Part shown: one piece after another, positions 24,870-38,949 of the stretch | Numbering within the stretch: the stretch's first letter is position 1 | How the letters are laid out: each line of letters opens with the position of its first letter | DNA from: Geosiphon pyriformis uo1 | Taxonomy: Eukaryota > Fungi > Glomeromycota | Assembly (NCBI GenBank): GCA_016748015.1 | Contig: JAAOMT010000299.1 | Location: forward strand, 843,090 to 907,089 | Reading direction: 5' to 3' | Length of the DNA: 64,000 nt | Program-made: the position numbers and the translations under genes | Notes under the pieces: generated by a model | What the model saw: only the letters and a program-made list of their open reading frames with translations | Databases searched by the model: none | What the model was told of the DNA's origin: nothing

Positions 24870-27606
24870 CTAGTGAAAATGAATTTGGCCACACCAATAT
24901 CATCCAGCATCAGATTAAGACTGGAGATGTAATGCCAATTAAGCAAAGAGCATACAGAGTACCACCAGCTAGCCATGAGATCATTCATCAAGAAATCAAT
25001 CAGATACTTGACAATGAGCTAATTCATTCATCAATAAGTCCATGGTCATCACCAGTGGTATTAGTCCAGAAGAAAAATGGAAAAATCCAGTTCTGTGTAG
25101 ATTATCAAAAACTGAATAGAGTAACTAAAAGTGATAGTTATCCAACTTCAAAAATCCAAGAACTATTCGATGCTTTTGGAGGAAATAAATAGTTCTCGAC
25201 ACTAGATTTAGATAGTGATTATTGATAAGTAGCCATGGATCCAGTTGACAAAAAAAAAACAGCATTTACCACAAGAGAAAGAAATTTTGAGTTTGAAGTT
25301 ATGCCATTTGGCTTGATAAATGCACCAGCAACATTCCAATGGCTCATAGAAATTGTCTATACTGAATTACTATGGAAATCAGTAGTCATATACTTGGATA
25401 ACACCAATGTGTTTTCAAAAACATTTGATGATCATTTGCATCATCTCTAACAAGTGTTTGAAAGATTAAGAAGAGCCAGACTAAAGCTAAATGTGACTAA
25501 ATGTTTCTTTGGAAAAACTGAACTCAAGTTTTTGGAACATGTGGTAAGCAAAAATGGAATCAAAATGGATCCAGACAAAATTGAGATTGTCAAAAACTTT
25601 TCAGTACCAAATAATCTCACAGAATTAAAAGCATTCTTGAGATTTGCTGGATACTACTGCCACTTTATCAAAGACTTTTCCAAAATAGTTCAACTACTAC
25701 ACCAACTCTAAACAAAGAACACCAAATATGAATAGACTGAAACTCAAAAAAAAGCTTTTGATACATTGAGAAGAAAGCTTATTCAAGCCCCAGTACTGAT
25801 CTATCTAAATCATAGCAAGTCATTCATAATCACAATTGATGCATCTGATCAAACATTGGGAGCAGTACTATTACAAAGAGGACCAGATAGAAGAGAGCAT
25901 CCAGTAGCTTATGCCAGTAGAAGCTTAAGTCCAGTGAAAAAAAACTATAGAACTTCAGCATTGGAATACTTAGCTATCTATTGGACTGTTATCAAATAGA
26001 AAAAATACTTGAGTCAGAAGTTTGATGTATACACTGATCACAAAGGATTGACTTTAATCCAAAAGCAAAAATTTGGAAATGATTGCTATGCCTAATAAAA
26101 AATAGAACTTTTATCATTTAATTATACAGTACATTACAAAAAAGAAAAAAAAAACAGAAATGCTGACAGCCTGTTGCAAATAAAACAAATCTAAAAACAT
26201 TTCAAACCAAAAATATAACAAAAGATGAATATACAAAAATACCAATAACTCTAATATTATATAAATATCCAATTGTTCAAGGAAAAATTATTTCAAAAGG
26301 AACAAAAGAACATAAAACAACAATTAAAATATTTTATTAACCATCAAAATATACTTTATCAGAAAAACAGAAAAAATTCAGATTAACCAATTAGAGTAAT
26401 CACAGAACCAGAAAAAGAGACAATATTATTTAACATGTATTCAGATTCAACAGTAGGACATTTTTATAAAGAAGCAACCATGGAAAAAATTAGGAAAAGA
26501 TACTATTGGCCATTAATGTATCCAGACATTATCCAGTATGTTCAAAACTGTGATGCTTGTCAAAGAAGAGAAGGAACAAAATCCAGTGAACTATTGAGAC
26601 CAATCAAAGTGAGACAACCATTCAACCATATCAGAATTAACTTAGTCGGACCATTAACAATCACCAGTAAAGGCAACAGATATATTGCAGTAGCTATAAA
26701 CTATCTCACAAAATGGCCAGAAACAAAAGCCATTCAAAGAGCAGATGCAAAATTTGTTGCCAAATTTGTCCATCAAAATTTGATATGTCGACATAAATGT
26801 CCAAAAGAACTATTATCAGATCAAGGAACTCACTTTACAAATAGAACATTGACAGAATTAAGTCAAAGATTTGGGATAAAAAGACCATTATCATCACCAT
26901 ACCATTCACAAACAAATGGGCTAGTTGAAAGATTTAACAGAATATTGTGTGAAGCAATTGCCAAAATCAGTCAAAAAAACCAGGACAAATGGGATTTGTT
27001 TATACCATCAGTATTATTTGCTTATTAGACAATAAAGCAAGACACTACACAAGCAACACCATTTGAATTAGTATGTGATAGAACAGCAATATTACCAATT
27101 GAGATAGAAGTCAATACTTATCCAACAGAACCAATAACTGAAAATAATTTTCAGGAAATGTTGCTAAGAAAAACATATGACTTGATAGAAACTCTAAAAA
27201 ACAAATAATGAAGAGCAGCTGACAATATTCAAAAGTTACAAGAAAAGCAAAAAGAATGACATGATAACCAACTACCAAATAAACCAGTTGAATTCAAGAT
27301 TGGAGACAAAGTACTATTACATCATACCAAAGCAGAAAAACAATAGAGTGGAAAATTTGATTTCAAATAGAACAGACCATTTCACATAGAAAAAATTTTA
27401 GGAAATAGAGCTTATAAATTAAGATGGGACAACAAAATCTTAGCCAAAGCAGCACATAGTGATCGACTGAAACAATATTACCAGATAGTATCATTATCCA
27501 CTAATAACATTCCACAACTAGGAGTACAAAGAATACTAGTTCAACCAGATAAAATTCCATAAGATCTGGAACCAATTATAGTTATTAAACCAAACACATT
27601 AAATTG
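24870..27606 (+). pseudogene. pol: F reverse transcriptase, RNase H and integrase (GPF module, no chromodomain)
   Basis: PWSSPVVLV, FCVDY, MPFGL.NAPATFQ, YLDN; IDAS, AYASR; HHCC, SDQG, TNGLVERFN. Confidence 0.95.
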
Positions 27607-27662
27607 AACAACCAAAAGAGTATATAAAAACACAGTACACACAACAAAAGCAACCAAGAAAA

Positions 27663-28297
27663 ATGGAAATACCAGATCATATCCACACTATAGCTCAACA
27701 ATTGTTCCAAGCCTTAAGTGAATAACAGTTAGACATGGAAATTTTTATTAACAACCAAATAATTTGCTATTGAAACACCCAAAGAAAGACAAAGAATACA
27801 CCATATTAGTGACCACCAAAGAATGATAAAAACTGGACAGATAACTTAATAGAAAAAGTAAAGAACACCTTTGGGAAAATACCCATTATGGCACTAACAA
27901 AAGAGTTTACAAAAAAAATTGGAAACAATGGACAGAACGACTTCCAATATCATATTGCTATTACCAGTTAGGTCAAAAGTTGAATATTCAGGAGTTGTAT
28001 ATCAACAAATTCAAGAGAATATTCAACCAAGACATAATACAACAAATTGAAGAATTTATTGGAAAGAAAATGAATTCAACACTACATATTAAGACAATAT
28101 ATTGACTACACAACATATTACAGAACTATCCAGAAATACTGTTACACTCTAACATGGAAATCATAACCATTAACCAATGGGAAAAAATGAACAATACACA
28201 AATAGAAGACATAAGAAACAGAGTTGAATAAACAATACTTGAAAAAGAAGTATTAGAATTAATTCAAAACAAAGATTTTAACAGAGCTCAATATTAA
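27663..28297 (+). pseudogene. F ORF3: ~210-aa unknown protein
   Basis: MEIPDHIHTIAQQLFQ...CYYQLGQKLNIQELY...ILLHSNMEIITINQWEKMNNTQIEDI...DFNRAQY*, ending at the PPT. Confidence 0.72.
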
Positions 28298-28311
28298 AAA
28301 GGAAGAGATAA

Positions 28312-29188
28312 TATTACTCATAAAAAAAACAGATATAGAAAAAATAGTAGACTAATAGAAAAGTAGTAGTTAGCATGTGAGCACATTGCTCAGCAAGGTG
28401 GAGCAATGTCAGAAATTATGGCACATTGCTCAGCAATATAGAGCAATGTTAGAAATTACGGCACATCACTTAGCAATGTGGAGCAACATAAAGAAAATAT
28501 GACACATTGCTTAGCAATGTGAGCATTGCTTGAAAAATTATAGCACATCACTTAAGAATGTGAGTGATCTCATAGAACCAAATTATGTATATATAATGAT
28601 AGTATTAGAAGTAAAAAAGACAGATCTTTTAGCTTAAATTTCATCTAAGCAACCTTCCAATTCACAAATATCAATAAATAATTATTCACTATCTCAATCT
28701 ACTCTTCACTATCAATACTTTATGTTGATAGTAATTGATACTTAACCATACTGGAACAATAGCTCTTGATCATGGCTATTGATGGAATACTAACTTGTAA
28801 TTGTTTTTGTTTATTTTCTTTTATTTTCTTCTATTTCTTTGTTTTACTAATTAATTGGGAAATAAGCACTAAGTTATTGACATCAAGGATAGCCTGGTAA
28901 AAAACCCTAAAGGAAGGGTATAAGATTTATATATATTAATGGATAGCTTACCAAAAAGGCATCTTTGCCAGATTACTGGCCACCACGCTAAAAAAGAAAT
29001 TTGATGGAATTGCAATTCTGAAAGGCTACTAAAAAGACAACAATTAAATCTCTGTTCATTATACAAAGAACTTCACAACAAAACTTTCAAATTAACAAGA
29101 CTTTTAGAAACCAACATCAATAGAGCAATTGAACACCAAGTTACAGGTTTGTTATTTAATTAGAGACCCCAAATAAACATCTGTAATA
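28312..29188 (+). repeat. F 3' LTR
   Basis: Matches 19059-19916. Confidence 0.95.
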
Positions 29189-30818
29189 CTGATAAGCAAA
29201 TAATACTGATAATATAAACAAATCTCATTTGTCCTGGTTTTTTTGGCTAATTTTTGCTATTGTTTCACACAATGTTTTGTTGAATCTTTTGACTAAACCA
29301 TTTGTTTGTGAATGGTATAGTGATTATAATGATCTTTTGATTCCAAATCTTTGACTTAGTTTTGCTAGTGTTTTATTTACAAAGTGAGTTCCTTGATCTG
29401 ATAATAGTTCTTTTGGATATCCATGTCGACATATCAAATCTTGATAAATGAATTTGGCAATGGATTTTGCATCTGCTCTTTGAATGGCTTTTGCTTCTGG
29501 CCATTTAGTGAGATAGTCTATGGCTACTGCAATATATCTGTTGTCTCTGCTGGTTATTGTTAATGGTCTGACTAAGTCAATTCCAATGTGATCAAATGGT
29601 TGTTTTACTTTGATTGGTCTTAACAGTTTACTGGGTTTTGTTCCTCCTTTTCTTTAACAAGCATCACAATTTTGAACATATTAGATGATGTCTGAATACA
29701 TTAATGGCCAGTAATATCTTTTTCTGATCCTTTTCATGGTTGCTTCTTTATAAAAATGTCTTGCTGTTGGATCTGAGTGCATGTTAAACAATATTGTTTC
29801 TTTTTTTGGTTCTGTGATCACTCTGATTGGTTGATCTGGATTTCTTCTGTTTTTCTAGTACAGTATATTTTGATGGTTAATAAAATATTTTGATTGTTGT
29901 TTTATGTTGTTTTGTTTTTTTTGAAATAATTTCTCCTTAAACAATTGGGTATTTATATAGTGTTAGAGTTGTTGGTATTTTTGTATATTCATTTTTTTGT
30001 TATATTTTTTGGGTTGAAATGGTTTTAGATTTGTCTCATTTATAATAAGCCATTAGCATTTCTGTTTTTTTTTCTTTTTTTGTAATGTACTGTATAATTA
30101 AATGATGAAAGTTCTATTTTTCATTGGGCATGGCAATCATCTCCAAATTTTTGCTTCTGAATTGAAGTCAATTTTTTGTGGTTAGTGTACACATCAAACT
30201 TTTGACTCAAGTATTTTTTCTATTTGATAACAGCCCAATAGATAACTAAGTATTTTAGTGCTGGAGTTCTATAGTTTTTTTTAGCTGGACTCAAACTTTG
30301 GCTGACATATGCTACTGGATGTTTTTTTCCATCCAGTTCTCTCTGTAATAGTACTGCTCTCAATGCTTGGCCTAATGTATTGGTGGTAATAATAAATAGT
30401 TTATTGTGGTCTGGATAAATTAATATTGAGGCTTGAATAAGTTTTCTTCTTAATATGTCAAAGGCTTTTTGTTGGATTTCAATCTACTTATATTTGGTGT
30501 TCTTTGTTTGGAGTTGGTATAGTGGTTGAGCTATTTTGAAAAAGTTTTTGATAAAGTGGTAGTAGTATTCAGCAAATCTTAAGAATGTTTTTAATTCTGT
30601 GAGATTATTTGGTACTGGAAAGTTCTTAACAATTTCAATCTTATCTGGATCTATTTTGATACCATTTTTGCTCACTATATGTCCCAAAAACTTGAATTTC
30701 GTTTTACTAAAGAGACACTTAGTTGTATTTAATTTTAATCCTACTCATCTGAGTCTTTCAAATACTTGTTGAAAATAGTGCAGATGATCATTAAATGTTT
30801 TTAAGAACACATTAGTAT

Positions 30819-31545
30819 TGTTATGGGTTGGAGTAACAAGTTAACGGATAGCAAGGGAGAACAGGATTGTAGGGTAATGGAAATAATCAAAGAGAATTCA
30901 ACTTCAAAGAGCAAATTGAATGAGTATGGATTTAATGTGCGAGATCAGTCTCATAAAATATCTCAGTTGCTATTTTTTTCAAAGGTAACTGGGGAATCTG
31001 AAGATAGAGGGATAGTCCGTACTGTCAACAATTGATCACTGCTGGTATTAATTCTATGCCTTCACGTCAGCACTCTTAGAATTCAATATTAGGTATCAAC
31101 TTATGCTCTTCAATTACATTTATACAAATAGTTTTCAAATACTACAATTATTCAAACAGGAAAAGGCCAACAAGTAATCTTTTATCCTAAGATGTTCGGA
31201 TACTTAAAAATAGGGAAAGAGAAATTAACAATAAGAGAGTGATTGAGATGAAAGTTGTTATTTTTATTTATTTGATTCTTGTCTAAGAGATGATTCTCTA
31301 TAGCTAAGAGACTCATCATTTATATAGCTAATGAAAGTGATCAATGACTAAGTCAACAACTAGGTCAATGATCAGGTCAATGATCAGGTCAACAATCAGG
31401 TCATTGATCAGGTCAATGATCAGGTCAATGGTCAGATTATTGATCAGATTAATGATCATTATCTAAAAATAGAGTGGCTAATTATATGACATTAGTGGCT
31501 AATACATGTGATAACTAATAAAAATTATGGGTTTCAACTGTAACA
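30819..31545 (-). mobile_element. Solo LTR E1 (family E) inserted next to the YLDD motif of the RT of C
   Basis: TGTTATGGG...GTAACA with exact TSD GTAT/GTAT. Homologous to 49749-50436, whose PBS defines the orientation. Confidence 0.93.
31350..31458. repeat. 12-bp tandem repeat (GGTCAATGATCA) x ~9 in the U3 of E1
   Basis: Directly visible; a shorter version lies at ~50277-50348. Confidence 0.9.
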
Positions 31546-32589
31546 GTATTGTCCAAATATACAATTACTGATTTCCATAGCAGGTTTGTATAAACAATTT
31601 CCATAAACTATTGAAATGTGGCAAGATCATTTATCAAGCCAAATAATATTACTTCAAATTCAAAAATTTTTTTTTGAGTTGTAAAAGCCATTTTCTCTTT
31701 GTTTTCTGGTTTCATGGCTACTTGCCAGTAACTGCTGTTTAAGTTTAATGTCAAAAACCATTTCTTTCCTCCAAAAGCATCGAAAAGTTCTTGGATCTTT
31801 GAAGTTGGATAGCTATCTCCTTTTGTTACTCCATTCAGTTTCTAGTAATCCACACAAAAGCAGATTTTTCTATTCTTTTTATGGATTAATACTATTGGTA
31901 ATAACTATGGACTCATTGATAGCTAAATTAGCCCATTGTCAAGCATTTGATTAATTTCTTGATAAATGATCTCATGGCTGGCTGGTGGTACTCTGTATGC
32001 TCTTTGTTTAATTGGCATCATATCTCTAGTTTTGATCTGATGCTGTATGATATTAGTTCTGCCAAATTCATTTTTACTGGCAAAGATGTCATTGAAGTTG
32101 TTAAGTAACATCTTAAGTTGCATATGTTGTAGTGAGTCTAGATTTCTTAAGTTTATCTGTTTCAATTGTTCTAGTTGAAGCAGATAACATTTTTTTTGTC
32201 CATATATTGTTTATAATGTAATATCTATATATCCACACAGTTGTGAAAAATCTGGAATGGTGTTTGGCAGTTGGTCTTCAATTTTGGTGGTTAAGTATTC
32301 AATGATAGTTCCTTCTGGTATCTCAATGGTATTTCCCATGTTGTTGTAAATGGGAATTTTGATGTGCCTGTGGTCCTTGGCTGGTATGTATAGATTGATT
32401 AATCCAATCTTCAATAATTCACAAAGTGTTGCTTCTGCTTTAAAAATCTGTACCTGATCCTTTACTTTTCTCTCTATGGTTACCATGTACTGATCATATG
32501 GTGGAATGGAAATTGATTAACAGATGGAAATAATTTCTCTCTTGTCAACAATTTTTTTTTCTGCCATATTAACTGGTATATCTATTCTA

Positions 32590-33000
32590 TTCATAAATCT
32601 GAAACCCTGTATCTCTCTAGCTGTAATTCTTAATTTTTCCCTGTTTTCTATTGACACTAACTGAGCTATTTTCACCAAAAGTAGAAATATTGTCTATGTT
32701 ATCTTTTCATTTGGCTCTATGATATAGGCCTTTTCAGAGTCATTCTGTAGCATTGCAATGATGTTTCTTATATATCCTGCATCAATTATTCTTTCTCTGA
32801 TGTTAATTTCTTTTTTTGCTAAATTACTCCTAGATGCTAGTTGAATCATTGTTGTTGCTGAGATTTCCAATGCTATTTTGAGATCAATCTATGTGTGTAA
32901 ATGTGGTTTCAATTTGATGGCATTTTTTCCTAGATATCTCAGATCAAATCTGGCATCAATATCATGTGTGTGTTCTGGCATAATATCTTCATTATTATTG
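32590..33000 (-). pseudogene. dut: C dUTPase domain
   Basis: DARFDLRY, ASRS, RERIIDAGY, QGFR on the minus strand. Confidence 0.85.
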
Positions 33001-36000
33001 CTGAATCATTTAAGTTTCTGCTCCTTAGTGAGATCAAAAAGTGTAATAAATGTTTTGGGATTTAAATTAGAGTCCAAATTGTTGTTATTTTTGTTGTTAT
33101 TTTGAGCAGAGCTGGAATTGTTGTTTTTGTTGTCATCATTGTTGGAGTTTGAATTGGGATTGAAAATTGATTCCGATTCTGATACACAGCTGCTAATTGG
33201 TTTTTCTTCTTCTGAAATCATGTAGATTATGCATGATGGTAGATTGTAAATGAAGTTACACTTATTACAATATTGAAAGTCACAAAGAATCAAACAATGG
33301 TCACATAATCATGTGTTTATTTCTTCTAACCATTGCTCTTGTTCTTCTTGAGTGGGTGCTAATTCTTGGTAGTGCTTATGAAATTGTTCTGGGTCTATAA
33401 GCTTTAGTATAATATCTAGATTTGGGTCCCAGTCAAGTTCTATGGGTTTTGGTGAGTTGTTTTTGATTGTTTTTATTTCTTTTGTTGAAGTTCCTTTAAT
33501 TTTGGCAAATGCTATTTGCCAGATTTTGTCATCATCATGTAAACAGCTGTCCAAGCATTTAATTGCTTGTTTCCAAACAGCATCAATGGGCATTTCTTTT
33601 CTTACTCAGTTGCTTATGAGAATTGTGTACTGACACAATTTGTCACAGATTCCTCCTTGTCCAGGAATGTTATTTCACATTCTTTTGTCCAATAAGATTT
33701 CTTCACAAGCAAGACAAGATTTGTTGTCCTATTTTCTTTGCTGTTTCAGTTGTTCAAAACATTCTATAATGCATGGATGACAGTAGAATCTTGTTGCTGT
33801 TTGGTATTTCTTGTTATTGCCACAGCATGCACTCATTAATAACAATTTCTTGCCACAATTAACACATATGAGCTTTGGTCAGCAATAAATGGATTGTTGT
33901 GGTGTAGTGTATATGTAGGAATTATAAGTGGTGGTGCTGGTAAATGTTGTTTTTTCTTCCTTTTCTTTTCCCTTTCCCTTGTTAGTTTCTTCTTACTCCT
34001 AAGTTGATGATTTATCCAGGTCATTGTCAGTTTTTCAGGCTTGGTTGGCATTCCAAGTAAGTTCTTTCTTTTGTTTTCTTTTTCTGTTGTTGTCCTAGAA
34101 GGGTATTGGCAATAACTTGTTGTGGTTGTTTTCAGTCTATAATACTTAATAGGCTTCCCAGGTAGGTTTTTTCTCTTCTTCTTCAAACTTGATGAGTGAT
34201 ACTGGTGTGTTGGTGGTCTTGAAATGGTCACATGTGGCTGGTACACATGTGTGTTGACCATTCTGGCTAAATTAAAGCTCCTGTATGTTCCAATCAAGCA
34301 TTGTATTGGTTTTAGACAACCAATCATTACCAATGAGTGCTTGGTATTGAGTGGTTTCTATAACTAATACCTTAATTGGCACAATAATGCCATTGATTTC
34401 TATAAATAAGTCATTAATCTTGTCAATCAGAGTTTTGGTCACTCTATCAACAGTAATAATTCATGTACTGGCAGCTTGATCAACTCAGCAACCTAATTGG
34501 TCTATGAGTTGTCTTATGATAATACTGCCAGCTGATCCATTGTCTAGAATCAATTTGATAGAGTGGTCATCAACTTTGGCATCAGTGTACATCACAATAA
34601 TGGATTTTTCTTCAAAGACAGCTCCACTGAACAAAAAAACTTCAGATGATTTGTCAATTTTAAAGAGAAATATAGCTACAAGTGACTCATCTTCTGTAAT
34701 GGTGGCTGGTGGAATGTTGCTGATAAGTGTTGATTGTTGATTGGTTTTTGGGTTATTGTGTTGGGCATAATTAAGAGACTTAAATAGTGTTGGAAATTTA
34801 GGTTTTGTGTGTATCTGGTTCCCAAATTCTAAGACTATGATCTTAATTGTTGTGTAGAGGAGCTGGGAATCAGTTGGTGAACAACTATTGCTGATCTTCA
34901 ATTTTAAATGACTCTTGATCTATGGTTTCTTGATGTCATCTGAGCTGTGTTTGATAGTAGTGTTTGAATTACAGGTGTCTGATAAATTATTTGTGGTTGT
35001 GGTAGTTGATATATTACTTGTAGCTGTGGTTGATAGATTGGGGTTTGATATCTGGTTGGTTGATAAATAGGCTGCTGCATCATTGGCAGGTAAGTGGGTT
35101 GATATTGATCTTAATTTGTGTAATAATTTGGCATTTAAAGTTTGTAATCAGGGTTTTTATATTGATTTTCCGATTGTATATTACTATAAAAATGGCAATT
35201 AGCTCAGATATGGCCTTGTTTACCACAGTTGTGGCAGACATGTGTCTCTGACTGTCATAGCTGATTGAATGATGAGAATAGACATGGCTGATTTTGGAAA
35301 TGGTTTGCATTTTTTTGATTACTGTGTCATTGTGAGGTTTAATAGATTGCCTAATTATTGTTAGCTAAGTATTCCTTGATTTTCTGATTGATTGAATTGC
35401 TGAAGTGCCTCAGTTTGAAATCTAGGTCAGATGATCCATTCATTACTAAATTTACAGCTTGGGCATGATTGGCCTCTAACTTAGCTAACTCAAAATCTCT
35501 GGTATGTATAACTGTATCTTTTAGAATGGCTGGATGCATTGGGCATATGCATTGTAAGATGCTACTACATAATTCATGAATGAACTGATTCAAGATCTGT
35601 GCTACCATAAAATAATCAGCATCAATGGCTTGGATCTGGCACAAATTCCTGTAGAAGCATTCTAGATAAGTAGTGATTGCTTCTGTGTTCTCTTACTTTA
35701 TGGTGGTAAAGGTACTTGTCAGACAGTTAATGCTGTTATTATTACTAAAGTATCTTAGAAATTCTAATTTGAATGCATCAAAGTTTTGGGGTTTCTGAGC
35801 TAAACTATAAAACCACAAGTTGACAGTATTCTTGAAAAAATATGAGATAACTTGTATTGTTCTGGCATTATTCCAGTTATTGGTAGTGATGGCTTTGGTG
35901 ATGTTATTAATTCATGCTTGGACATTATTTTCTTTACCAGAAAATTTTTCCAGCTTTGTGATTGGTGCATATGCCATTTGTTGTTGTTGTTGTGATGGTG

Positions 36001-36954
36001 GTGGTTGAAGTAGTTGTTGAATAAGTTGCTGAAGTGGCTGCTGTTAAATTGGTTTAATAATTAGTTCAATTTGTGGCTGATCAATAATGATTACTGGAGG
36101 TAAGTTTTGTTGATTAATTGTTTCTGGGTTTGGATTGTTTTGAGTTTGCTGGATTTAAATGTTCAGAATTTCAACTTCCAGATTTTCTAGAATCGGGTTT
36201 TGGTAAGTAAATTTCTGATTCTCACTTTTTTTTTCTTCTGATTCTGTTACTTTCCACGAACTTACAGTTCTGAAATCTGGTTGGAGTAGCAGTGATCAAA
36301 ATCCTGATGGTATTGGTGATTGTAATTTAAATCCTTCAAAATATTTGCTGTATGGTCTTAATAACTCTGCTCTTCTTTGTTTACTTTGAAATAGGAATCA
36401 TTTAAAAGTTGATATTGCATTTAATGTAAACATATCTGCTGAAAAAATATTGATGGTGCTTCCTGGTGTATAATGGTATGATGAATTAGTTGGTGATTCA
36501 ACTCTGGTTTTCTTCCAAGTAGGTGGTTGTATCTTTTTAGATGTTACTGCTGGTGTTTGCAATCTTTCTTTGTCTTTGTCTGTGTAGGTAATAGGAAATT
36601 GTTGTTAAATGTATCTTTCAATGGTTTGATTGATTTTCCTGATGATTGGTGCAAAACTGTAGTTTTTTGGTAAGCTGGTATGTTGAAACAATTCTGTATA
36701 AAAATTTTTTCTTGTGGATTTAATGTTAACTGTTTTTCCTAAGCAGTCTGTGATTTTATTGTTGACATAAAAGTTAAAGACTGATTTTGCTGGGAAATAG
36801 TTATTGTTTAATCCTAATTGTTGGCTGTACTGTTGAAACAAAGATTTGGCAAATTTTAAATGGTTTGCTCCTATGATTTCTGATTCTGCCACTTTTGAAT
36901 AATTGTTGTTGGTGCTGGTTCTCTGTAGAATTATATCTTACAAGGAGCACCAAA

Positions 36955-38700
36955 TATTACAGGTGATTATTTGGGATTTTAAATCAAATAACAAAACCTA
37001 TAACTTGGTGCTCAAAAGCTATTCATAATGATGGTGTTATAGGATGGTCTTCTTGTTATATTTAATTGCTGATATCTTGTTTTACTTGCAATTAGTCTTT
37101 CGTGAGTTCCTCAATTCTATTTGTGTAATAATGTCACTGTTATATTGAAGGCTTTCTTTTTAATGTCGCAATGTAAATTAATTCTCGATTCTTGATTGTT
37201 GTGTGTGTTTATGTACTCCTTTTCAGAGGCTGAACTGAAATTTACCTGCTGTCTGAGGTCTTCTCTGAGGCTATTCTTGCAATTGCCTGATGTGTTTCTC
37301 TAATTTAGAAACACAGAATGTTAATGGTCTTTAGCACTTTTCCTAATTCTTACAATAAAGCTTTTATCAATTAGTAACAACATGAATAATCTTGATCAAA
37401 GATTATTCTTCCAAGAAATTCAGCTAATGAATGATAGTTTCATTCAATAAATAATACAAGTAAGTTTCTTAATACTTTGGGTTGTGATAATTCAGTTTTA
37501 AATATTCTTTTTCATTTCTTTTTGATTTAAAGGTTTCTTGGGATATTTAATTTAAAAGTATGATTTAAAGTGGAGTTTGTTGGATAAAATTGGATCTATT
37601 GCTTGATAAGTTATGATTTTTATTACTTGATTCTCTTTTCTCAATATTAAAGCTACTATATATATATATGTTTGTAGTTCTACGAGAAAACACATTGTAA
37701 TACTTTCTTTTTGATATTTCAATCTGGTGTTTGCTGTTATCACCAGTTGGTGTTGGCTGCTATTGTGAACTGGTGCTTGCCACTATCGCGAGATGGTGTT
37801 TGCTACTATGTTAATCATTACCTTTCTAAGATTATTATTGCACTATATTATGATTAAATAGTTTATATTATTTTTATGATTCTTTTACTAAATTCTTAAA
37901 CCATAACAATGATGATCTGAAGGTATTGTTATCTGAAGATTTTGGTTAAGTTTTTTGTATAATGGACAGAGATTTAATAGTTGTTTATCTATAACTTCCC
38001 AAAATCACAATTTTGTTAATTTTTTTCTTCAGCTTGATGACCAGTACTCCTCTGATAAGTAATTTGTAATTTCTTTACATGCTCTATCCACTTACAAGGG
38101 TCTTTTACCAGGCAATCCTTGATGTTAATAACTTAGTGCTTTAATTTTTTTAATCAATTAGTACACAACAAAAAAAAATAACAAAAAGAAAATAAAAGAA
38201 ATAAAAAAAAATAAAGAAATAAACCAAGACAACAAAAGTTAGTATCTTATTAATAGCCATGATTAAGAGCTATTGTTCCAGTGTAGTTAAGTATTAATTA
38301 CTATCAACACTTCATGTTGATAGTAAAGAGTAGATTTGAGATAATAAATAATTATTTATTAATAGTTGTGATGTGGAAGGTTGTTTAAATCAAATTTAAA
38401 CTAAGAAGTCTGTCTTTTCTTTTTCTAATCCTACTGCTATATATACATAATTAATGTTCTATAAAATCACTCACATTCTTGAGCAATGTTCACATTGTTG
38501 AGCAATGTGCCCTAATTTTCTAATATTGCTCTATATTGCTGAACAATGTGTCATAATTCTGACATTGCTCTATATTGCTAAGCAGTATGCCATAATTTCT
38601 AACATTGCTCTATATTGCTAAGCAATATGTTCACATGCTAACTATTACTCCCTTATTGGTTTACTATTTTTTCTATATCTGTTTTCTTTTATAAGTAACA
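36955..38700 (-). repeat. C 5' LTR, containing solo LTR D
   Basis: Adjacent to the PBS; matches 16913-17816. Confidence 0.93.
37035..37908. mobile_element. Solo LTR D (a fourth LTR family, probably minus orientation)
   Basis: TGTTAT...ATAACA with TSD ATGG/ATGA. Absent from the sister LTR at ~16990. Confidence 0.88.
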
Positions 38701-38949
38701 ATAGATAAGTCAAAAAGTGTTTTTAAAGCTAACATTAATTTTTGAGATATTTGTTGGATATTTCGGAGAATAATTATGATAAAAATAGTTAACTACAAAA
38801 AAGAATAAAGAAAATTATTTTTGGATATGAGGTTTTATTTGTTTTTGGGTTTGGGTGTTTTTTGTAATTATTTACTATTTTTGTTTTTGTGTGTTATTAA
38901 AAGGATTATTGTAAAATTATGTTAAATTAAGTATTCAGGTTTGGCTGTT

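Larger units (their letters stand above)
19059..29188 (+). mobile_element. Element F: full-length, uninterrupted ~10.1-kb Gypsy inserted antisense in the integrase of C
   Basis: LTRs 19059-19916 and 28312-29188, TSD CCGA/CTGA, PBS 19919-19934, PPT AAAAAGGAAGAGA. Confidence 0.96.
18480..36892 (-). pseudogene. C gag-pol, interrupted by F in IN and by E1 in RT
   Basis: gag from 36892, PR ILDNGSAG ~34545, Cys-rich ~33880-33230, dUTPase ~33000-32590, RT ~32100-30500, RNase H, IN ~29900-29190 plus 19058-18480. Confidence 0.9.
16913..38700 (-). mobile_element. Element C: family-A-type Gypsy inserted in the 3' region of B
   Basis: LTRs 36955-38700 (5', interrupted by D) and 16913-17816 (3'). Exact TSD ATAG/ATAG, PBS 36937-36952, PPT ~17821-17834. 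Confidence 0.94.

Noticed and set aside
27440-27606. Chromodomain at the integrase C-terminus
   Set aside because: Only a short tail follows the GPF module, with no aromatic-cage or Y.VKW pattern.
27663-28297. ORF3 as an envelope gene
   Set aside because: Too short, with no visible signal peptide, furin site or transmembrane helix.
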